NCBI RefSeq assembly: GCF_001458695.1
Contig: NZ_LN885086.1
Location: forward strand, 90,001-122,000
Reading direction: 5' to 3'
DNA length: 32,000 nucleotides
DNA from: Candidatus Nitrospira inopinata
Lineage (GTDB): Bacteria; Nitrospirota; Nitrospiria; Nitrospirales; Nitrospiraceae
In this document: in pieces, positions 8,792-18,464 of the stretch
Layout of the letters: each line of letters starts with the position of its first letter
How positions within the stretch are numbered: the stretch's first letter is position 1
The notes under the pieces: generated by a model
Databases searched by the model: none
What the model was told of the DNA's origin: nothing
Seen by the model: only the letters and a program-made list of their open reading frames with translations
Program-made: the position numbers and the translations under genes

Positions 8792-9532
8792 GTGACAGCA
8801 GACCCCATCGCGTCGCCGATCGAGCGCATCGGCATCGACGAGTCCGGAAAAGGCGATTACTTCGGCCCCCTCGTGATCGCCGCAGTCTTCGTGGACGCGA
8901 CGACCCAGCGCGAGTTGGCCCTGATGCAGGCGCGCGACAGCAAGAAGCTATCGGACGGGCGCATCCTCGAAATGGCGCCGGCAATCAAGACCATCTGCCC
9001 CCACAGCGTGATCGCGATCGGCCCGCAAAAATATAACGAGCTGTACGCCAAAATCAAAAACCTCAATCGTCTCCTGGCTTGGGGGCACGCCAGGGCGCTG
9101 GAGAATCTGCTTGAACGAGTTTCGTGCAAGCTGGCGATTGCCGACCGATTCGGCGATGAGCGGTTGATCGTGAACGCCCTGCAAGAGAAAGGACGAACGA
9201 TCGTTTTGGAGCAACGGACAAAAGCCGAATCGGACCTGGCGGTGGCCGCCGCCTCCATCCTGGCCCGCGCCGAATTTCTGCGACGCCTGAAACAGCTCTC
9301 CGCTGAAGTCGGCATCACTCTCCCCAAGGGCGTCTCCCCTTCCGTGGAGCTGGCGGCAAAAATGATCGTCAAAAAACACGGGCGGGAACGGCTCGGCACC
9401 GTGGCGAAACTGCACTTCAGAACCACGCGGGCTGTTTTGGGTTACATCGACTCGCTCGCCTCAAAATCGGCCGATTTGGATTCGGACGTGGGCGAGGGAG
9501 GTGATTCGGCCGACGGCTCGCCTTCCCAATAA
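8792..9532 (+). CDS. rnhC: Ribonuclease HIII-like protein (catalytic domain only)
   Basis: IGIDESGKGDYFGPLVIAAV, DSKKLSD, IADRFG, TKAESDLAVAAASILAR and AKLHFRTT match RNase HIII-type rather than HII-type motifs. GTG start with GGGGGAG upstream. There is no room for the usual N-terminal domain. The last about 30 codons overlap the convergent gene. Confidence 0.75.
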   Translation: MTADPIASPIERIGIDESGKGDYFGPLVIAAVFVDATTQRELALMQARDSKKLSDGRILEMAPAIKTICPHSVIAIGPQKYNELYAKIKNLNRLLAWGHARALENLLERVSCKLAIADRFGDERLIVNALQEKGRTIVLEQRTKAESDLAVAAASILARAEFLRRLKQLSAEVGITLPKGVSPSVELAAKMIVKKHGRERLGTVAKLHFRTTRAVLGYIDSLASKSADLDSDVGEGGDSADGSPSQ

Positions 9533-10221
9533 AGAATGCGGCGGCAATACGGGCACACGTGCAGATCCTCGGAGCGCTTCACTTGAGCGATGAGCTGCGG
9601 CGGAATTTGCAGGCGGCAACCGAGGCACAGGCCGCCGCGCACGGCTGCCAGCGGCTGATCTTTCCGCGAGGCCTTGACCTCGTTGTATCGTTGGAGGAGG
9701 CTCTTCTCCACTCTCGCCGCCGCGTCGCGCTGCAAGATTTCGACTTGGGCCAATTCGTCCGCCAACGCTCGTTCCTGCTCGCTTAAATTCTTTTGTTCCT
9801 GCGCAAACGCCGCCTCCAGCTCCCTGACTTTCGCCTGGGTCTCGATCACCGTTCGCTGCAATTGATCGATCCGTTCCATGCACATCAGAATCTTCTCCTC
9901 GAACTCCCCGCGCTTTTTATTCGCCAGATCGAGTTCGAAGAGATGCGCTTGATACTCCTTGTTGGTCTTCAAATTCGCCGCGTGCGCTTTCATCCGCTCC
10001 ATCTGCGCTTCGTGCGCCTCCAGATCCCGTTCGTGCGCGCGTCGTTCCTTGACCGCGGCTTCGACGGCGGACTGCGCCTCCTTCATCTGTTTCAGAGCCT
10101 CCCGCAAAGGCGCCTCGGCGGCCTGCAGGCGTTCGGGAATCTTTCGGTGGGCTTCTTTGATCTCCATGATCCGGAGATCGAATTTCTGCAGATCGAGAAG
10201 GGGCGAAAACTTGCGGGTCAA
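9442..10221 (-). CDS. C4-type zinc-ribbon coiled-coil protein (COG1579/DUF164-like)
   Basis: N-terminal LLDLQKFDLRIMEI, a long coiled coil, and C-terminal CLGCRLQIPPQ...VCPYCRRILY (CxxC...CxxC). TTG start with GAGGAAG 7 nt upstream. Confidence 0.75.
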   Translation of the reverse strand: MTRKFSPLLDLQKFDLRIMEIKEAHRKIPERLQAAEAPLREALKQMKEAQSAVEAAVKERRAHERDLEAHEAQMERMKAHAANLKTNKEYQAHLFELDLANKKRGEFEEKILMCMERIDQLQRTVIETQAKVRELEAAFAQEQKNLSEQERALADELAQVEILQRDAAARVEKSLLQRYNEVKASRKDQPLAAVRGGLCLGCRLQIPPQLIAQVKRSEDLHVCPYCRRILYWEGEPSAESPPSPTSESKSADFEASESM

Positions 10222-10273
10222 CGCAATCTTCCTCTCTTGGAGACCGAAGTCGTGACGCCCGGGCGCCCCCGGC

Positions 10274-10350
10274 TGGTGGGCCCACTAGGACTTGAACCTA
10301 GGACCAACTGATTATGAGTCAGCCGCTCTAACCACCTGAGCTATGGGCCC
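10274..10350 (-). tRNA. tRNA with CAU anticodon, most like lysidine-type tRNA-Ile2, with encoded CCA
   Basis: Minus strand reads GGGCCCAUAGCUCAGGUGGUUAGAGCGGCUGACUCAUAAUCAGUUGGUCCUAGGUUCAAGUCCUAGUGGGCCCACCA. It folds as a clean cloverleaf. The C4/C5 acceptor bases, UUGGUC variable loop and GGUUCAAGUCC T-arm resemble E. coli ileX more than elongator tRNA-Met. Confidence 0.9.
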
Positions 10351-10485
10351 TATCCGGCAAGCGAACGGTCGTACCGACTCTTTTCTTTTGCAAGACTCAA
10401 CGGCGTTCGCCGAACGGGGCTTCCCGCCACGGTCTGGCTTCAAAGAATTCTAGGTCGCGCTCGGATTCGGAGTCAAATCGGCCTT

Positions 10486-12303
10486 CTACAAGCTTTCCAC
10501 GAAACTTCTCAGCTTTTTGCTGCGACTCGGATGCCGCAATTTCCGCAACGCTTTGGCTTCGATCTGCCTGATCCGTTCGCGTGTGACCTCGAAGTCCTGC
10601 CCCACTTCTTCGAGCGTGTGGTCGGTGGCCTCGCCGATCCCGAATCGCTTGCGCAGCACTTTTTCCTCCCGCGGCGTCAAGGTCTCCAGCGCGCTGTTGA
10701 TCTGCCGCTGTAAGTCGTACCGGATCGCGGCCTCCAGGGGGGAAACGGCCTTTTTGTCTTCGATGAAGTCGCCCAAATGACTGTCTTCTTCCTCTCCGAT
10801 CGGCGTTTCGAGCGAAATCGGCTCCCGGGCGATCTTGAGGATCTTTCGCACTTTGTCCAACGGCAAATCCATGCGCTCGGCGATTTCTTCCGGCAACGGC
10901 TCGCGGCCGAGCTTCTGCACGAGATGACGCGATGTGCGGACCAGCTTGTTAATCGTTTCAATCATGTGAACGGGAATTCTGATGGTCCGCGCCTGGTCGG
11001 CGATGGCTCGCGTAATCGCCTGGCGGATCCACCATGTGGCATAGGTGCTGAACTTGTAGCCGCGCTTATACTCGAATTTGTCCACCGCCTTCATCAATCC
11101 GATGTTGCCCTCCTGGATAAGGTCCAGGAATTGGAGTCCTCGATTGGTGTACTTCTTGGCGATGCTGACCACCAGGCGGAGATTTGCCTCGACCAACTCC
11201 GCCTTGCCCCGCTTCACTTTTTCTTCGGCGATGTCGAGCTGTTTGACGGCCTCCTTGATTTCTTCGGCGGGAACCAGCGCCTCCTCCTCCTCAAGCTGGC
11301 GGATTTTAGCCTTGGCCGTCTGATACACTTTTTTGATGTCCAGCAGCGTCTCTTCCGACAGACCGGTCTTTCGCTTGACCGCCAGGAAATCCTGACGAGT
11401 CCGGCACAATCGCCTGAGCAACTCCGCGCCCGCCTCTCCGCCCACGCCGAGCCGCCGCTGGCAATGCACGATTTCACGCTCCGAAGCGCGAATCTGCGCG
11501 GCCAAGTCGCGCACCCGTTGGACCATGCGATCTTTCAGGACTCCATGGAGGTTGACGGATTCGATTTTATCCACGACCTGCTGACGCACGATCTCGAACT
11601 GCTTCTTGAATTTCTTCTGCTTCGCCGGATCGTTGCCGATGTGCCTGCCTTTTTCCACCAGCGCTTTGAGTTGCAGCGAGACTTTGCGGACCGCGCTCAA
11701 GGCCTCCAACGTCTTGAGGCGCAGCTCTTCATAATCCCGCTCCACAGGCTGCTGGTCCTCGTCAAATTCCTCCCCCTGCTCCTGGATCGGCACGATTTCT
11801 CGGACGTCGATGGTGGCATCTTTGAGTTGATCCCGCAGCGCCAATACGAACTCGATGGTCATCGGCATGCCGTAGATCACCGAGGCGATGTCTTTTTTGC
11901 CCTCTTCGATTCGTTTGGCGATCTCGATCTCGCCCTCTCGGCTGAGCAACGCGACGCTGCCCATTTCCTTGAGATAGAGCCGAACCGGATCGTCCGTCCG
12001 ACTCAGCGCGCCGGGCGACAGATCGATCGGCTTCTCGCTCTCCTCCTCGGACTCCAGCTCCATCTCTTCGCCTTCGTCGCCGACCTCGCCGTTGTCCGGC
12101 CGTTTGCGAATCCGATCTCCCTCGCCCCCGTCGACGATTTCGATGTCCATCTCGCCGAACATCGTCATGATGTTGCCGAATTGGTCGGAGGACACGAATT
12201 CCGCGGGCAGCGTGTTGTTGAGCTCGTCATAGGTCAGGAAGCCCTTTTCCTTTCCGAGCGCGATCAGTTTTTTCACTTCTCCAAGCAATTCCTGTTTCGG
12301 CAT
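10486..12303 (-). CDS. rpoD: RNA polymerase primary sigma factor (sigma70)
   Basis: [29 protein letters not shown], an acidic region 1 linker, [30 protein letters not shown] (region 2), and regions 3 and 4 to the C-terminus. The ATG at 12303 has AAGGAG 6 nt upstream and lies 2 nt after the dnaG stop. Confidence 0.95.
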   Translation of the reverse strand: MPKQELLGEVKKLIALGKEKGFLTYDELNNTLPAEFVSSDQFGNIMTMFGEMDIEIVDGGEGDRIRKRPDNGEVGDEGEEMELESEEESEKPIDLSPGALSRTDDPVRLYLKEMGSVALLSREGEIEIAKRIEEGKKDIASVIYGMPMTIEFVLALRDQLKDATIDVREIVPIQEQGEEFDEDQQPVERDYEELRLKTLEALSAVRKVSLQLKALVEKGRHIGNDPAKQKKFKKQFEIVRQQVVDKIESVNLHGVLKDRMVQRVRDLAAQIRASEREIVHCQRRLGVGGEAGAELLRRLCRTRQDFLAVKRKTGLSEETLLDIKKVYQTAKAKIRQLEEEEALVPAEEIKEAVKQLDIAEEKVKRGKAELVEANLRLVVSIAKKYTNRGLQFLDLIQEGNIGLMKAVDKFEYKRGYKFSTYATWWIRQAITRAIADQARTIRIPVHMIETINKLVRTSRHLVQKLGREPLPEEIAERMDLPLDKVRKILKIAREPISLETPIGEEEDSHLGDFIEDKKAVSPLEAAIRYDLQRQINSALETLTPREEKVLRKRFGIGEATDHTLEEVGQDFEVTRERIRQIEAKALRKLRHPSRSKKLRSFVESL

Positions 12304-12305
12304 GA

Positions 12306-14129
12306 CTACTCCTTCGCCAAGGACACCGCTCCGGCTGGTGACGCACCGGCTTTTCGGATCCGCCATTCATTGATTTGCACGTTCAACGTCCGCGCTTCCT
12401 CCACCTGTCCCGCCCGCTCGGCGGCCTTCAGCCTGGCGATCAGGTCCCTCAACATCTGATCCGCATATTTCCGATCAAGCACGTCCAAACACGCCTTGAC
12501 GTGGGCAGGAACGTCGTCAAAATGATCGTCGCGGACGGACAATTCCGTGGCCAGAGGGCCGCAGTCCGGATCGTCGGCCGCTTCGCTCACCAAGGCGTCG
12601 AGGCCGAGACGCCCTTCACGGTCCAGGCGGGCCAAGGCCATCTGCACGAGTTTCTTGCAAGGGGCGACGGTGAACGCCTCGGGTCTCAACCGCCGGACGT
12701 CGGCGGGCGACAATCGGCCGTGTAGCAGCAATAAAACAAGATCCCGTTCTTCCGGCGCTTTTTTGAATGCGGCGGAAAAGGCGATTCCCTGCGCCGCCTG
12801 CTCATGAGAGTCCGCGCCTTGCGAAGGTCGACTCTGGAGTCTCGGATACCGCTCGATCAATCGGCTTTGGCTGATTCCCAATCGTTCCGCCACGATCTTG
12901 ATCCGCTCTTCCCGCTCAAGCGGATGCTCGCTTTTCTGCACGATGCGCAGGACTTCGTCCACGCTTCTGATCCGGCTCTCCAATGAACCGTTTTCCGCCT
13001 GCCGGATCGTATGGTCCAACACGTAATCCAGAAGGCTCGGGGCGGCGGCCTCCAACGAGGCGAACGCCGGCACGCCCGCTTTTCGCACGAACGTATCGGG
13101 GTCTTCTCCGGCCGGCAACGTGACCACCTTGACGTCCAATCCGCTGTTGACGAAGAGATCCAATCCCCTCAGCGCGGCCCGTACCCCTGCGGCATCGGGA
13201 TCGAAAACCAATACGATATGATCGGCAAACCGCCGCAAGGCTTGGATATGTTCCGACGTCAGCGCCGTGCCCAACGTCGCGACCGTATGCGTCAATCCGG
13301 CCTGATGAAGGGCGATCGCGTCAAAATACCCCTCGACAACGATGGCGGTCTTTGTCCGAACGATCGCCTCCCGCGCCTGATCCAGCGCAAACAAGGTGTG
13401 CCCTTTTTTGAACAGCGGGGTATCGGGGGAATTCAGATACTTGGGCAGGGCGTCGCCCAACACCCGCCCCCCGAATCCGACCACGCGCTTTCGCAGATCG
13501 GTGATCGTGAACGTGATTCGCCCGCGAAACCGATCATAAAAGCCATCCCCTCCCTCCCGCGCCACCGCCAGACCTGCGCTCGCGATATCGGCCGGAGCAA
13601 ATCCCTGCCTGGTCAGCGCTTTGAATAAACCGTCCCACTCGGAAGGGGCCAAGCCGATCCCAAACCGGTCGATGACGCTCGATTGGATGCCGCGGTTTTC
13701 CAGATACGCCCTTCCGACGGCGCCCAGCTTGGCGTCGCGCAGATTGTGCCTGAACCACGCGGCGGCGGCTTGATTGAGGCGCTCGATCCGCCGGGTCTGC
13801 TCCGCATGATTCCTCGAAACGGCTGACGCTTCTTCGACTTCGACTCCGACCTTTTGTCCCAATTCCCGAACCACCTCCGGAAAATTCGCGCCGGTGAGCC
13901 TGGTTAAAAAAGTGAAGACGTTTCCGCCGGCCCCGCAGCCGAAACAATGGAAAATTTGCCGGGACGGGTTGACGATAAACGAAGGGGTTTTTTCTTGGTG
14001 GAACGGGCACAACCCTTTGAAATTCTGACCTGTTTTCGTCAAGGCCACGTGGTGGCTCACGATATCGACGATATCGACTCGATCTTTGATCCGGTCGATG
14101 ATGTTATCAGAGATCAAACCGTGACCCAC
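12306..14129 (-). CDS. dnaG: DNA primase
   Basis: Zinc-binding [30 protein letters not shown] and [17 protein letters not shown]...LVFDPDAAG. Confidence 0.95.
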   Translation of the reverse strand: MGHGLISDNIIDRIKDRVDIVDIVSHHVALTKTGQNFKGLCPFHQEKTPSFIVNPSRQIFHCFGCGAGGNVFTFLTRLTGANFPEVVRELGQKVGVEVEEASAVSRNHAEQTRRIERLNQAAAAWFRHNLRDAKLGAVGRAYLENRGIQSSVIDRFGIGLAPSEWDGLFKALTRQGFAPADIASAGLAVAREGGDGFYDRFRGRITFTITDLRKRVVGFGGRVLGDALPKYLNSPDTPLFKKGHTLFALDQAREAIVRTKTAIVVEGYFDAIALHQAGLTHTVATLGTALTSEHIQALRRFADHIVLVFDPDAAGVRAALRGLDLFVNSGLDVKVVTLPAGEDPDTFVRKAGVPAFASLEAAAPSLLDYVLDHTIRQAENGSLESRIRSVDEVLRIVQKSEHPLEREERIKIVAERLGISQSRLIERYPRLQSRPSQGADSHEQAAQGIAFSAAFKKAPEERDLVLLLLHGRLSPADVRRLRPEAFTVAPCKKLVQMALARLDREGRLGLDALVSEAADDPDCGPLATELSVRDDHFDDVPAHVKACLDVLDRKYADQMLRDLIARLKAAERAGQVEEARTLNVQINEWRIRKAGASPAGAVSLAKE

Positions 14130-14208
14130 CGGAGTCGCAGCTCCCCCACCTTTTCGCCGCCCCCGATTTGGACAAGACGGCCCAATTGTCTGGAAAAATC
14201 GACCGAGC

Positions 14209-14238
14209 AGGATAACAGACGGTTTGAAAATCTGTCAA
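14209..14238 (-). promoter_or_regulatory. Candidate sigma70-type promoter for dnaG-rpoD
   Basis: Minus strand reads TTGACA (14238..14233), a 17-18 nt spacer, then TTATCCT (14215..14209), in the 127-nt HIT-dnaG spacer. Pattern only. Confidence 0.3.
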
Positions 14239-14256
14239 ATTTTGGGGAACCGGTGA

Positions 14257-14601
14257 TTAGCCCGGCGGCCAACTCATCCGGCGCCCGCCGGTGACATGAA
14301 GATGCAGGTGAAACACCGTTTGCCCCCCGTTTTTCCCCGTGTTCGTGACAATGCGATAGCCCGATTCGGCTACGCCCTTCAGTTGCGCTACTTTCGCGCA
14401 GGTCAATAGAAGCCGCCCCAGCAGAGCTTGATCCTGCTCCTCACAGTCCTGAACGGCCGCGATGTGCCTCTTCGGAATGACCAGCGTATGGACGGGGGCC
14501 TGAGGATGAATGTCGTCGAACGCCAAGGTCTGGTCGTCTTCATGAACGACCTTGGCCGGAATCTGTTTTGCCACAATCTTGCAAAAAAGACAGTCGCTCA
14601 T
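14257..14601 (-). CDS. HIT-family (histidine triad) nucleotide hydrolase
   Basis: MSDCLFCKIVAKQIPAKVVHEDD... and the triad HLHLHV. The track start at 14643 is an over-extension, and the ATG at 14601 has GAGG upstream. Confidence 0.85.
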   Translation of the reverse strand: MSDCLFCKIVAKQIPAKVVHEDDQTLAFDDIHPQAPVHTLVIPKRHIAAVQDCEEQDQALLGRLLLTCAKVAQLKGVAESGYRIVTNTGKNGGQTVFHLHLHVTGGRRMSWPPG

Positions 14602-14674
14602 CGTCGCCTCGACTTCTCGCATAATGAACGGCGGCCAGCCCAAACGGTTGATTTTTCAGGCCCCGACGGCCTGT

Positions 14675-15340
14675 CTATTCATCCCTCACGCCGGATCGGC
14701 CGAACCGCCTGCCTAATTCGGCATAAATATCCTGAAGCGCCACGTCGTGGTATCCCAGCACCATCAAGGTGTGAAACACCAAGTCCGCCGTTTCGTAGAC
14801 AATCTCCTCCTTCTTCCCCCCCTTGGAGGCCAAGAGCACCTCTCCCGCTTCCTCCACCACTTTTTTCAGAATTCGATCCTGTCCCCCTTCAAACAGCTTC
14901 GTCGTATACGATCCGGCCCGTGGATGGGCCCGGCGATCACGGATCGTCCGCAGAATCGCTTCAAGAATCCCGCCCGCCGCGTCTTGCGTCGGAGACTCGG
15001 CGACCCGTCCCCGATCGTCAAGCCTGGAAAAAAAACACGCCCGTTCCCCGGTGTGACAGACCGGACCTTCCGCCTGTACCTTGACCAAAATCGTGTCGCG
15101 ATCGCAATCAATGAACAAATCCTTCACGCGAAGCTTGTGACCGGACGTTTCGCCCTTCTCCCACAGCCTCTTGCGGGACCGGCTCCAGAAATGGACGCCC
15201 TTGGTCTCAAGCGTCTTGGCGATGGCCTCCTGATTCATATAGCCCACCATCAACACGGACCCGTCAAGCCAGTCCTGCACGACGGCCGGAAGAAGGCCTT
15301 TCTCATCGAGCCTCAACTCATTTGCCGGTTCATCACTCAT
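14675..15340 (-). CDS. hisI: Bifunctional phosphoribosyl-AMP cyclohydrolase / phosphoribosyl-ATP pyrophosphatase
   Basis: HisI part: LLPAVVQD...VGYMNQEA...WSRSRKRLWEKGETSGH...DCDRDTILVKV...CHTGERACFF. HisE part: KKVVEEAGEVLLASK...ETADLVFHTLVL-like. Confidence 0.9.
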   Translation of the reverse strand: MSDEPANELRLDEKGLLPAVVQDWLDGSVLMVGYMNQEAIAKTLETKGVHFWSRSRKRLWEKGETSGHKLRVKDLFIDCDRDTILVKVQAEGPVCHTGERACFFSRLDDRGRVAESPTQDAAGGILEAILRTIRDRRAHPRAGSYTTKLFEGGQDRILKKVVEEAGEVLLASKGGKKEEIVYETADLVFHTLMVLGYHDVALQDIYAELGRRFGRSGVRDE

Positions 15341-15344
15341 GGGT

Positions 15345-16127
15345 TCATGCCGCCCGCGCCAAGAAATCCGACCGCACGGGGATGCCGCGCTCTTTCAAAA
15401 ACGCCTTCGCCTGCGAGATCGTAAACTTTCTGAAGTGAAAGATGGACGCGGCCAAAACCGCATCCGCCTTGCCCTTGACGAATCCGTCGTACAGATGCTC
15501 CAACGTCCCGACTCCGCCTGACGCGATCACGGGGATCGATACTCGCTCCGACACGGCGGCCGTCAGCTCAAGATCATACCCGTTCTGCCGACCATCCTCG
15601 TCCATGCTGGTGACTAAAAGCTCGCCCGCTCCATAGTCTTCCATCCGCTTCGCCCATTCCAGGACGTCCAGTCCCGTCGGCTTGCGCCCTCCGTGGGTAA
15701 AGACCTGCCAACCGCCCGCCATGGATCCTCGCTTGGCGTCAATGGCCACGACGATGCACTGCGTGCCGAACCGACGGGCCGCCTCCCTGACAAACTCGGG
15801 CCGCTCCACCGCGGCCGTGTTGATGCTTACCTTGTCCGCCCCGGCGTTCAACAATCTCCGAATATCGTCGAGCCCGCGCACGCCGCCGCCGACCGTCACA
15901 GGCATAAAGACGCAGCCTGCCGTCCGTTCGACCACGTCGATGATGGTGTTCCGATTCTCATGCGACGCCGTAATATCCAGAAAGCAGAGCTCGTCCGCAC
16001 CTTCGCGGTCGTAGAGCGCCGCCGCCTCGACCGGATCGCCCGCATCCCGGAGCCCCACGAAGCTGACCCCCTTGACCACGCGACCGTCTTTGACGTCCAG
16101 GCAGGGAATGATGCGTTTCGTCAACAT
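15345..16127 (-). CDS. hisF: Imidazole glycerol phosphate synthase, cyclase subunit
   Basis: [34 protein letters not shown]...[13 protein letters not shown]...VTVGGGVR...ASGG. Confidence 0.95.
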   Translation of the reverse strand: MLTKRIIPCLDVKDGRVVKGVSFVGLRDAGDPVEAAALYDREGADELCFLDITASHENRNTIIDVVERTAGCVFMPVTVGGGVRGLDDIRRLLNAGADKVSINTAAVERPEFVREAARRFGTQCIVVAIDAKRGSMAGGWQVFTHGGRKPTGLDVLEWAKRMEDYGAGELLVTSMDEDGRQNGYDLELTAAVSERVSIPVIASGGVGTLEHLYDGFVKGKADAVLAASIFHFRKFTISQAKAFLKERGIPVRSDFLARAA

Positions 16128-16202
16128 GACAATCCATGAAAAGTGAAACGTGAGGGGTCAAGCGTGACTGCGAAAGCCGGTTCCTCCCTTACCCCTCACT
16201 CC

Positions 16203-16928
16203 TCACTTCTTACTGAGGGCCGCCACGGCGGCCCGATAATCCAACATTCCATCGTACAGAGCCTTGCCCACGATCGCCCCTTCCACACGAGATCCGAGCG
16301 ACCGAACCGCCAACAGATCGTCGATTTTGCTGATCCCGCCCGACGCGATCACCGGAAACGGCGAAGAGGCGACGATCTCTTCCAAGGCCGGAATGTTCGG
16401 CCCGCTTAACATCCCGTCGCGCGCAATATCCGTGTAGATCACGGCCCCGAGCGCGAAACCGGACAGCTCTTTCAGCAGATCGACCGCCCTCACATCCGAC
16501 ACCTCCGTCCAGCCCTTCACCGCCACGTTGCCGTTTCGCGCGTCGAGCCCCAACACAACACGCCGCGGAAATTCCCGGCACGCCCGCTCGAGAAACGCCC
16601 GATCCGTCAGGGCGGCCGTGCCAAGCACGACGCGCGACACTCCGGCGCGCAGATACTGCCGAACCGTCTCAATCGACCGAACGCCTCCTCCCACCTGGAC
16701 ATTGACGCCGACCGCTTTCATAACGGCTTCGATCTGGGGCAGGTTGCGCGGCTTCCCGTCCACCGCCCCGTTCAGATCCACGACGTGAATCAGGCCCGCT
16801 CCCTGCTCCTGCCACCTTCCGGCCACGGCCCGGACATCATCCGAATAGACGGTTTCCGCCGCCATATCACCTTGGCGCAACCGCACGCAACGGCCGTCTT
16901 TCAAATCAATCGCCGGGATGACGAGCAC
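16203..16928 (-). CDS. hisA: ProFAR isomerase (1-(5-phosphoribosyl)-5-[(5-phosphoribosylamino)methylideneamino]imidazole-4-carboxamide isomerase)
   Basis: MLVIPAIDLKDGRCVRLRQGDM...HVVDLNGA...VQVGGGVRS...ASGGIS. Confidence 0.93.
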   Translation of the reverse strand: MLVIPAIDLKDGRCVRLRQGDMAAETVYSDDVRAVAGRWQEQGAGLIHVVDLNGAVDGKPRNLPQIEAVMKAVGVNVQVGGGVRSIETVRQYLRAGVSRVVLGTAALTDRAFLERACREFPRRVVLGLDARNGNVAVKGWTEVSDVRAVDLLKELSGFALGAVIYTDIARDGMLSGPNIPALEEIVASSPFPVIASGGISKIDDLLAVRSLGSRVEGAIVGKALYDGMLDYRAAVAALSKK

Positions 16929-16946
16929 GTGACCTCCATAACCCGG

Positions 16947-17717
16947 TCAGAACGGGAATTCCTTCAACATCGCGTCAACGCCGTACTCCGCCAATTCGTC
17001 GGCCGTCACGAACATCCCGAACCGTTGCACAAAGCCGAGGAAATCCTCCGTCAACGGACGCTGCCGTTCATAATAATTCCCCGCCCACAGCACCCGTCCG
17101 TCCGTCGCCACGACTTTGACTTCAAACCCGACGGACGCCGCCGGGTTCGCGCCGAGACGGCTTCCGACCCGCTCCTGATACATCGACACGAGCCCGATCA
17201 TGACCGCGTCCGCGTTCAGCTTTCTCGCCACCGCGGCGGCGGCGATTTCCGGACGAGTTTTGGGGGAGGTCGTCTCGGAGACCACGGAGGCCAAGACTTG
17301 AGCCGAGTCGCCGGGCGATATCAGCCGCAATCCGCCCCTCGATTGCAGGCGCTTCCAAAACAACTGCGTGACGCGCTCCGCCGCATAGTCGGGCACTGCG
17401 GCGACTTGCCTAGGCCTCGGCTCCACGTCGGACGCTACCGCCACCGACATGTCCTGCTGCCGAAGACTTTGAGGAGTCGAGAAAAAGAAGTCGCCTTGAT
17501 CGCGCATCTGCGGAGTGGTCATCGCGGTGAAGGGAATCAGCGCAAGGGTTCGAACGGTGTACCGGGGCAGGAGATCGGACGAGGCCGTTGTGACCTTCCA
17601 CCCGCTGCACCCGGCGACGATCCAGGCCAGCACCACGGGGATCACGGCGCGCATGACGAGGCCGGCGCCGAACGAGGGCGATTGCGCGCCCCTGATTTTG
17701 ACGAGTCGTTTAGACAT
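16947..17717 (-). CDS. Hypothetical lipoprotein embedded in the his operon
   Basis: 256-aa ORF with lipobox ...VVLAWIVAGCSG. The ATG at 17717 has GGAG 8 nt upstream and overlaps the hisH stop by 8 nt. An alternative start is Met22 at 17654. I recognise no confident family; it loosely resembles DUF799/LpoB-like small periplasmic lipoproteins. Confidence 0.65.
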   Translation of the reverse strand: MSKRLVKIRGAQSPSFGAGLVMRAVIPVVLAWIVAGCSGWKVTTASSDLLPRYTVRTLALIPFTAMTTPQMRDQGDFFFSTPQSLRQQDMSVAVASDVEPRPRQVAAVPDYAAERVTQLFWKRLQSRGGLRLISPGDSAQVLASVVSETTSPKTRPEIAAAAVARKLNADAVMIGLVSMYQERVGSRLGANPAASVGFEVKVVATDGRVLWAGNYYERQRPLTEDFLGFVQRFGMFVTADELAEYGVDAMLKEFPF

Positions 17718-18321
17718 GCCACGCTCCGAAATTCTTGATCAATCGCAGCCCTACGGCTTGACTCTTTTCCGGATGGAACTGACACGCCACGACGTTGTCC
17801 TTCCAAATGCTTGAGACAAAGGAGTCGCCGTACGTCGTCGTCGAAGCGGCAAGCCGTTTGTCGCAGGGATCGACGAAATACGAGTGCACAAAATACCAAT
17901 CCGCGCCGTCGGCGATGCCGTCGAACAGGGGGCATACCCCTTGAAAATGAACCTGATTCCACCCCATGTGCGGCACCTTCAATCCAGGCCCCGCCGCAAA
18001 TCGCCGCACCGTGCCGTGAACGATATCGAGCCCCTTGTGCGGGCCGAACTCTTCGCTCTCGGAGAACAGCACTTGCAGCCCCAGACAAATCCCCAGAAAC
18101 GGTTTGCCCGATCGGATCGACGAGCGGATCGGCTCCACCAGCCCATATCGCTCGATATTGGCCATGCAATCGCCGAAGGCTCCAACTCCCGGCAACACCA
18201 CATGGCTCGCGTCGCCGATGACCCGTGCATCGCGCGTCACCACCGCCTGGTGTCCCACCGCCTCGAAGGCCTTGTGGACACTGCGCAAGTTGCCCATGTC
18301 ATAGTCGATGATCGCGATCAT
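17710..18321 (-). CDS. hisH: Imidazole glycerol phosphate synthase, glutamine amidotransferase subunit
   Basis: MIAIIDYDMGNLRSVHKAFE...LPGVGAFG...FLGICLGLQVLF (catalytic Cys)...HSYF...FHPEKS. The track start at 18378 is an over-extension. Confidence 0.93.
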   Translation of the reverse strand: MIAIIDYDMGNLRSVHKAFEAVGHQAVVTRDARVIGDASHVVLPGVGAFGDCMANIERYGLVEPIRSSIRSGKPFLGICLGLQVLFSESEEFGPHKGLDIVHGTVRRFAAGPGLKVPHMGWNQVHFQGVCPLFDGIADGADWYFVHSYFVDPCDKRLAASTTTYGDSFVSSIWKDNVVACQFHPEKSQAVGLRLIKNFGAWHV

Positions 18322-18464
18322 ACAAACAGACCACCCGGCCGCATAGGGGGGTAACAATACCGTATCCGAGGATGTCATGCCACTACCAATCTGGGGAGAA
18401 CGGCCGAAGATTGACAGGACACGGATGAACCGGTAGCCTGGACCAGTCGCCCCATAGGCTCGAC

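Noticed and set aside
10777-12459. 560-aa plus-strand ORF
   Set aside because: It is antisense to rpoD and the 3' end of dnaG. Its composition is low-complexity Leu/Arg/Asp/Phe, whereas the minus-strand products are textbook proteins.
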